This document shows, piece after piece, positions 31,577 to 32,000 of a DNA stretch of 32,000 nt. The DNA is from Candidatus Saccharimonadota bacterium. Lineage in GTDB: Bacteria; Patescibacteriota; Saccharimonadia; Saccharimonadales; Saccharimonadaceae. Below the pieces are notes generated by a model that saw only the letters and a program-made list of their open reading frames with translations, was not told the DNA's origin and did no database searches. The stretch covers positions 600,001 through 632,000 of the forward strand of contig JBAQRV010000001.1 in the NCBI GenBank assembly GCA_049296095.1, given 5' to 3'. Position numbers and translations under genes: made by a program. Positions within the stretch are counted from its first letter, which is position 1; every line of letters begins with the position of its first letter.

Positions 31577-32000
31577 ATGGAACTTCCTTATCCTGCCCCA
31601 GATTTTACACTCCCCGACCTCGAGGGTAAGACGCATAGTCTCAAAGACTACACTGGCACATGGGTCATTCTTTATTTTTATCCAAAGGACGATACACCAG
31701 GCTGTACTGCCGAGGCCTGTAGCCTGCGTGATGCCCGCGATACTTTAGCAGAAATGGGTGCGGAAATCATTGGGGTGAGTAAGGATGACGCTAACAGTCA
31801 CGAGAAGTTTAAGGCAAAGTACTCACTCAACTTCACATTATTGACCGACGCCGAACATAAGGTGATTGAACGCTATGGTGCCTGGGGAAAGAAAATGTTT
31901 GGTAAGGAAGGTATCTTGCGCAAGACATTTATTATTGATCCGAAAGGTCAGGTTGTAAAAGTCTACGGACGAGTGACGCCGATGGGTCACGGCGAGCAAG
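31577..32000 (+). CDS. bcp: Thioredoxin-dependent peroxiredoxin Bcp (3' end beyond window)
   Basis: My hand translation is MELPYPAPDFTLPDLEGKTHSLKDYTGTWVILYFYPKDDTPGCTAEACSLRD..., containing the PxxxTxxC peroxidatic motif. The ORF is absent from the track because it runs off the window. Confidence 0.85.
   Translation, partial: MELPYPAPDFTLPDLEGKTHSLKDYTGTWVILYFYPKDDTPGCTAEACSLRDARDTLAEMGAEIIGVSKDDANSHEKFKAKYSLNFTLLTDAEHKVIERYGAWGKKMFGKEGILRKTFIIDPKGQVVKVYGRVTPMGHGEQ

Noticed and set aside
1-32000. Alternative genetic code (UGA recoding as in some CPR lineages), CRISPR arrays, rRNA genes, integrases, and IS elements with terminal inverted repeats.
   Set aside because: TGA terminates well-supported genes at the expected lengths (tsaE, the 88-aa ORF, pilM). 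I saw no spaced direct-repeat arrays, no rRNA-like conserved blocks, and no tyrosine or serine recombinase or DDE motifs in any long ORF.

Overview
The window is a compact, gene-dense segment using the standard code (TGA is a stop, for example in tsaE and the 88-aa ORF). I support about 38 CDS and 4 tRNAs. I saw no rRNA, CRISPR array, integrase or IS element with terminal repeats. The gene content suggests a streamlined monoderm-type bacterium, probably CPR/Patescibacteria and Saccharibacteria-like; that placement is inference only. Content supporting it: RNase Y; a type IV pilus (T4P) cluster pilB-pilC / pilM-pilN-pilO with no secretin gene in the cluster; lamin-tail-domain surface proteins; and orphan pilins. 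Housekeeping genes present are yebC, ruvC, ruvA, ruvB, recA, recX, tsaE, tsaB, rny, pgl and bcp (3' partial). Three tRNAs carry a CAU anticodon (Ile2-like, initiator, elongator Met) and one is tRNA-Pro(UGG). The observations I rate highest: (1) a bimodular type IV pilin with an FGE-sulfatase/C-type-lectin-fold module after a complete pilin domain (9400..10545); (2) at least 14 genes with a -10 hexamer 6-8 nt upstream of ATG and no Shine-Dalgarno (SD) sequence, suggesting mostly leaderless mRNAs; (3) a tight operon of membrane protein, stand-alone ATP-cone protein and a flavoprotein disulfide-reductase homolog that lacks both redox cysteines and the catalytic His (1893..4277); (4) a UmuC-like Y-family polymerase translationally coupled to an uncharacterised 88-aa ORF behind a long 5' leader (6172..7821), followed by a Fic gene with a perfect 13-bp palindrome at its promoter; (5) a structured leader ending in a terminator upstream of the modular pilin. 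All functional calls come from reading motifs by eye. No database search was run.
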